The notes beneath the pieces are model-generated. The model did no database searches. It was not told the DNA's origin and saw only the letters and a program-made list of their open reading frames with translations. Positions 59,148 through 64,000 of a DNA stretch of 64,000 bases are shown here, one piece after another (within the stretch, counting starts at the first letter, position 1; each line of letters begins with the position of its first letter). The stretch covers positions 1,152,001 to 1,216,000 of the forward strand of contig CAVZJV010000014.1 of NCBI GenBank assembly GCA_963775685.1, given 5' to 3'. The stretch is from Candidatus Bathyarchaeota archaeon. GTDB taxonomy: Archaea; Thermoproteota; Bathyarchaeia; Bathyarchaeales; Bathycorpusculaceae. A program made the position numbers and the translations under genes.

Positions 59148-61276
59148 TATTGTTGCTCCATGAATTTTTCTGGTTTAGGAACTTCGGGTGCTAAGCCTTT
59201 GCGCCTCCGCAAATCAGCAATAACCGCTAAGGATAGTTTTTTGGGCATCTTTTCCCAGTGGTCAAAGAATGTTTGCCAAAATGCCCGCCCTGAAGTTGCT
59301 GATCGCAAATCTTTTGAGAAGCCAAAAGTTTCTGAGACGGGAATAAAGCCGCTGATTGTGGTCAGGAGCCCTTTTTGTTCGAATAGGATGACTTTTCCGC
59401 GTCTTGTGTTTAGGATTCTTGAGGATTCCCCAGATAGTTCGGTGGCGACGGATATGATTATTTTATAAATAGGCTCCAAAAGGAAGGGGTCAGCAGTTAG
59501 GAAGCTGCCGAACACTGCTTTGCTGACACCATGCATTATTTCTGAGCCTTCAACTTCGTTGATGCACTTTTGTAAATCCACAAGGCGCACCAACAAATGC
59601 CGCACCGGTTCCCCGCAGAGTGGACCCGCCCTGCAAGTATACTCGAACCCCGCAATAATTGCTTCCAATTCTTCTTCGGAAACCGCTTGGGTTTTGGCGC
59701 TACAATCTAAAAGCACATTCCGATGCTCATCAACCGAAAGAACACTGACCGAACCCTCCTCAGCATAGGCATTGGCTTCTTCGCTTTCAGGCATAACCTG
59801 CACCCAAAAATAATTCTGCTTATTAGGGCTCTTTCCCAAGGCTACAACTCCTTCTTTCTGCACGCTTTCCATGTAAACAACTCTTGGCGAGGAGACTTCA
59901 ATTTCGATGCCACAAAGGCTCTTTAACTGCTTTAGTGCAATTTCCAAATGTAACTCACCCATCCCGCTTAGAAGATACTCGCCCGTTTCCTTGTCTATTG
60001 CCAACTTTAGGTTCGGATCTTCCCTTGCAAGTTTTTCAAGTGCCTCGAGCAAAGCCGGAAGATTCTGGGGGGTTTTAGGTTCAATCGCCAAAGTTACTAC
60101 AGGCTCAGAAACGTAACATATGCCCTCAAAAGGCACCATATCCTCTTTATGTGCCACGTCAACAAGAGTTTCTCCAATCTTGACCGTCCCAGCCAAAGTT
60201 AACGAAGCCAAAAGACCAGCTGAAACCTCACCGACTTCTTCCCTAAATACGCCCATTTCAATGTAAACTTCTATTACCTCAGTTTCAGCTAAAGCGCCCA
60301 CAAGATGTAACCTGGTGCCTTCGTTAATTTTGCCGGAAAAAACTCTTCCAGTTGCAATCGTGTCACCATTTAAGTCAGAACGCACATTTGTAATAAAAAG
60401 AACGGCTGGTCCATCATCCCTACAATTAAACAGCGCATCGCCAATCTTGGAGTTGATGTTTCCTTCCCAAATCTTCTCTATTCTGTACGCTTGAGCTTCT
60501 CGCGGGTTCGGAACCACCTTGATGACCATTTCAAAAACTGCTTGGTAAACTGGCAATGCATTTTTCAGTTTCTCATGCTCACTGTTAACGTAGGCTTTTA
60601 TTACGTCTGAGAACTTGATACCTTGCTGTTTTGCCAAGTTCATGGTGAACCCCCAACCATGCAAGGCTGAACCGAAAGCTACGTTGCCCAGTGAACCAGC
60701 AATTTTCCATTGGTTCTTGAACGGGGGATCTGCGTAGAGTTCGATGAGGTCGTTGAATCTACTGATTATGTTGTCGAGTTTTTTTTGGATTTGCTCCTCG
60801 TTTAGCTGCAACTCAGTTATTAGACGATCTACTTTGTTGATGAAGAGAACTGGTCTGACTCGCTCTTCGAGGGCTTGTTTTGTGACGATTTCGGTTTGCG
60901 CCATGATTTCTTCCACGGCATCAACCACAACAACTGCGCCGTCGATAACTCTGATGGCTCTGGTGACTTTGCCCGTGAAATCCACATGCCCCGGAGTGTC
61001 AACAAGGTTTATGATGTAGGGTATGCTCGCGGCTTTGTAGAGAAGACTAATGTTGGCTGTTTTTATGGTAATTTTACGTTTCATTTCTTCGTCGAGATAA
61101 TCCAGCACCCTTGCCGTCCCTGCCATCTTGGTCGACAACAAACCTGCCCCAGCTAGCAAGGAATCAGCAAGAGTGGTTTTGCCATGATCAATATGTGCAA
61201 TGATGCCTACGTTGCGGATTATCTCTTTGTTGCTCATTAACTGCTGGATTTCCTGTATTTGTTTGAACCGCGGCAT
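59147..61276 (-). CDS. Elongation factor EF-2 paralog lacking the diphthamide motif
   Basis: AHIDHGKTT, DTPGHVDF, NKVD, GMGELHLE, GPLCGEP, LRSATSGRA; no HxDxxHRG loop. Confidence 0.88.
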   Translation of the reverse strand: MPRFKQIQEIQQLMSNKEIIRNVGIIAHIDHGKTTLADSLLAGAGLLSTKMAGTARVLDYLDEEMKRKITIKTANISLLYKAASIPYIINLVDTPGHVDFTGKVTRAIRVIDGAVVVVDAVEEIMAQTEIVTKQALEERVRPVLFINKVDRLITELQLNEEQIQKKLDNIISRFNDLIELYADPPFKNQWKIAGSLGNVAFGSALHGWGFTMNLAKQQGIKFSDVIKAYVNSEHEKLKNALPVYQAVFEMVIKVVPNPREAQAYRIEKIWEGNINSKIGDALFNCRDDGPAVLFITNVRSDLNGDTIATGRVFSGKINEGTRLHLVGALAETEVIEVYIEMGVFREEVGEVSAGLLASLTLAGTVKIGETLVDVAHKEDMVPFEGICYVSEPVVTLAIEPKTPQNLPALLEALEKLAREDPNLKLAIDKETGEYLLSGMGELHLEIALKQLKSLCGIEIEVSSPRVVYMESVQKEGVVALGKSPNKQNYFWVQVMPESEEANAYAEEGSVSVLSVDEHRNVLLDCSAKTQAVSEEELEAIIAGFEYTCRAGPLCGEPVRHLLVRLVDLQKCINEVEGSEIMHGVSKAVFGSFLTADPFLLEPIYKIIISVATELSGESSRILNTRRGKVILFEQKGLLTTISGFIPVSETFGFSKDLRSATSGRAFWQTFFDHWEKMPKKLSLAVIADLRRRKGLAPEVPKPEKFMEQQ

Positions 61277-61365
61277 CGTAACCCCTGTAGGATAAGTTTA
61301 TGTTGGAACTAAAGGTTCCTATTAAATTAAAAGCTTAATGCTTCATCACTAAGGACCCATAAAAT

Positions 61366-62133
61366 TTGAACCTCCTCACACCCACAACTATACCTGTCGA
61401 AAGGCTCATCGAGGAACCCTACGCCTCAATTGTTTGTTACCCCAGAACACACCACGCTGAAATCCAAAACCGAATAGAGGAACTAAAGCAACTCAATGTT
61501 GAAGCACTTGAATTCTCAGGGAAAACCTCGGCGGCTAATGTTCCTGTCCTGGGCAAGGGTTATGTCGGCGTTGTTGTGGTTGGGTATGTTTGCGGGGTAA
61601 GGGTGGCTTTGAAGATGCGTCGCATAGACGCTGATCGAATCAGCTTGGAACATGAAGCAGAACTGCTCATCAGGGCCAATAACGTTAACGTGGGACCTAA
61701 ATTCTTGGATGTCAGTAAGAATTTTCTTTTGATGCAGCTAATTGATGGCGATTTGCTTGAGGATTGGCTTGAAACCCGAAGGGATAAAGAGCTAATTCGC
61801 ATGATTTTGGCTGAAATTTTGGAGCAGTGTTGGCGGCTGGATGAGTCAGGTTTGGATCATGGGGAACTAAGCAAAGCACCCAAACACTTGCTTGTGGAAA
61901 AAGCTGACAAGCCTTTCATTGTTGATTTTGAAACCGCTAGCTTGGAACGTAAGGTGATAAACGTTACGTCGGTCTGTCAATTCCTGTTTATGGGAAACAG
62001 CAGAGTGGCAAAGAAGTTGGAAGAAGCTTTCAGTAAAAAGAACAGGGTGGAATTGATTGCAGTCTTAAAAAATTTTAAGAAAAATGCAAATAGAAAAAAC
62101 TTTGAAGGCCTAGTCGAGATGTTCCTTTCATAA
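61366..62133 (+). CDS. Atypical Ser/Thr kinase-like protein (RIO/Bud32-related)
   Basis: LGKGYVGVV, ALKMRR, DHGELS, IVDFE. Confidence 0.8.
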   Translation: MNLLTPTTIPVERLIEEPYASIVCYPRTHHAEIQNRIEELKQLNVEALEFSGKTSAANVPVLGKGYVGVVVVGYVCGVRVALKMRRIDADRISLEHEAELLIRANNVNVGPKFLDVSKNFLLMQLIDGDLLEDWLETRRDKELIRMILAEILEQCWRLDESGLDHGELSKAPKHLLVEKADKPFIVDFETASLERKVINVTSVCQFLFMGNSRVAKKLEEAFSKKNRVELIAVLKNFKKNANRKNFEGLVEMFLS

Positions 62134-62136
62134 TGT

Positions 62137-63222
62137 TTAGGCCACAATGTCTTGCAACCGTTTCTGCTTGATTGCTTCTTTAAATTCCAAAGCTATGCGT
62201 CTGCCCATGTACATGTTCTCGCCATACTTGAGGTAAGCGTAGGGGGAGGTACCGATGCCAACGTTGGTTCCTGCAACGATGCGTGCGCTTATTTCGAATG
62301 TGTAGATTTTTGCTTCGTCTGTGATGACAGTTTCGAGGCAGAATGGCCCGATGATTCCTGGTGGAGCGAGTTCGCGGGCTTTTTTGTGGACATTGTCGCC
62401 CATACGCATGATTTCCGGGAGCAAGGATTCGCGGAGCACTATTGGGAAGTTGCCAACTACAGTGTAGGTGGGGTTTATGTCGATTTCGAGCTGTTGGCAG
62501 GCTGGGATTTTGCCTATAGAATCCACGGCGGATTCATAGCGTCTGTCCATGGCAAGCAACTCAACTTCGTCGTTTAGGATACTGCTAAAGTAGCTGGGGT
62601 AAACGTTAACGCCCAATGCGTACTCTTGGAGATGTATATTTGATAAATCATCTTCTTCTAACATACCGCGTTTGACCATTTCGTTGAATTGTTTGTGGAA
62701 GTTCTTGGGTGAGTTTGCGAGGAAGTAGCCTCTGCCGCCTTTGGCCCCTTGAAGTTTAGCGATTATTAGGCGGTCAATATCTTGTGGCGTTTTGAATGTT
62801 GCGGGAAGTCGGAGCCCCGCTTGGCGTAGCCATTCTTCTTGGGATTTGCGGTTTGCTTCCCAACGGAGAAGTTGACGGTTACCAAACATGGGAACGTAGA
62901 GACTGTCAGTTAACTCTTCTGTGCTCAGGTATGCTGTGAATGAGCCATGGGGAATCAAAACCACGTTTAAATTGCGTAGCTGCTCCTGCAATTTCTCCGT
63001 GAGCAACTCTGTGAAGTCTTTAACGATAATTAATTCATCAACCAAAGGATATTTCTGATACATTATAGCATCTTTTTCTTTGCAAATACAGACGGTTTTG
63101 AAGCCTTCTTCTCTGGCACCCTTGAAAATGTTAAGCGAACTATGTGAGCCCAAGGTGCCGATGGCGAGTTTTTTCTGATCATATTTACCTATGATTTTTC
63201 CAACATCTGTGCTTGTTATCAT
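62137..63222 (-). CDS. purP: PurP, FAICAR synthetase (ATP-grasp)
   Basis: TLGSHSSL, IPHGSF, GAKGGRGYF, DRRYE, FEISARIVAGTN. Confidence 0.92.
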   Translation of the reverse strand: MITSTDVGKIIGKYDQKKLAIGTLGSHSSLNIFKGAREEGFKTVCICKEKDAIMYQKYPLVDELIIVKDFTELLTEKLQEQLRNLNVVLIPHGSFTAYLSTEELTDSLYVPMFGNRQLLRWEANRKSQEEWLRQAGLRLPATFKTPQDIDRLIIAKLQGAKGGRGYFLANSPKNFHKQFNEMVKRGMLEEDDLSNIHLQEYALGVNVYPSYFSSILNDEVELLAMDRRYESAVDSIGKIPACQQLEIDINPTYTVVGNFPIVLRESLLPEIMRMGDNVHKKARELAPPGIIGPFCLETVITDEAKIYTFEISARIVAGTNVGIGTSPYAYLKYGENMYMGRRIALEFKEAIKQKRLQDIVA

Positions 63223-64000
63223 GTTACCACTTCGACAAGCCTGTGTTTTCTGATTGCGCGTTTAATTTCCATCGCCACCCGTTTGCCTGGACCGACCTCT
63301 ATGCCGTACTTGTATTTCATGTAGGGTGAAGTTGGCTCGACACAGGGGCAGCCTGGTACGCGGGGGCTAACGTCGAAAACTTTGAATTCCAAATCTTTGG
63401 TTACGGCGCCTTGGAGCGCAAAGAGTCCAATCATGCCTGGAGGGAACTCTTTTTTGCAGATTCCTACGAAACGTTCGGCGGCTTCGAAGATTTTTTCCAG
63501 TTGGCTCTCCCGCATTGTTGCCCCCATGTGACCGATTTCGATGTTCTGTGTGGATATATTGAGTTCAAGCTGTTCTTTAGCTGGTAGGTCAAGCACACCG
63601 TCCAGGTCAGTTTGGATTCGCCTATCGAAGCCGAGCAAGTCGATATCGTCGGTTAAGGGTGACCAGAAGTAGTTGGCGTTGAATTTGGCGCCGATAACGT
63701 ACTCTTCAATTACGGATTGGTTGAGGGCTTCATGGGTTATCATTCCTGCTTTTATTCGTTTTTGGGCCTCTTGCTCAAACTCTTCAGGTGTTGAAGCATA
63801 AAAAAATGCACGTTCAATTGCTCGGCCCTTCTCTGCAACTTTCACAATAGCCGGGCAATCGATATCGGCTGGGGACTGGAAGGCGCGGGGAAGTTTTATG
63901 CCTGCTTCTTTTAAGAGCCAAAGCTGATTTTTTGGCGCAGTGCGTTCCTCGGTTTTAAGCAGGTACCTGTTTCCCATCAAAGGGACAGCGAATTTCTGTT
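63219..64000 (-). CDS. PurP-family paralog (5' end beyond window)
   Basis: ERAFF, EEYVIG..FN.NYF, EIGH, RESQLE, DVSPRVPG.P. Confidence 0.88.
   Translation of the reverse strand, partial: QKFAVPLMGNRYLLKTEERTAPKNQLWLLKEAGIKLPRAFQSPADIDCPAIVKVAEKGRAIERAFFYASTPEEFEQEAQKRIKAGMITHEALNQSVIEEYVIGAKFNANYFWSPLTDDIDLLGFDRRIQTDLDGVLDLPAKEQLELNISTQNIEIGHMGATMRESQLEKIFEAAERFVGICKKEFPPGMIGLFALQGAVTKDLEFKVFDVSPRVPGCPCVEPTSPYMKYKYGIEVGPGKRVAMEIKRAIRKHRLVEVVT

Overview
Archaeal chromosome segment, most likely Bathyarchaeia/TACK (inferred from the single-ORF RpoA and RpoB, an EF-2 paralog, multiple AORs and a multi-intron tRNA). The core regions (about 1-24 kb and 44-64 kb) carry moaABC, cdc6, pdaD, nucS, a short SMC5/6-like SMC with kleisin-like and kite-like partners, rpoB-rpoA-rpl30e-nusA, a DNA methyltransferase, pepF, uppP, two AOR + Fe-S modules around a MoaD-like gene, tRNA-Ile(CAT), an OGG1-type glycosylase, an EF-2 paralog lacking the diphthamide motif and two purP genes. 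A ~19.9 kb integrated element (24173-44035) sits in a two-intron tRNA-Leu(CAA), bounded by a perfect 21-bp direct repeat. It holds integrase and terminase remnants, a duplicated virus-like module and many frameshifted genes. Its best feature is a candidate archaeal RiPP cluster (32919-39048): three radical SAM/SPASM enzymes interleaved with four small proteins, three of which carry repeated aromatic-X-Cys motifs and a shared helical leader-like motif. All calls come from reading the sequence; no database search was run.
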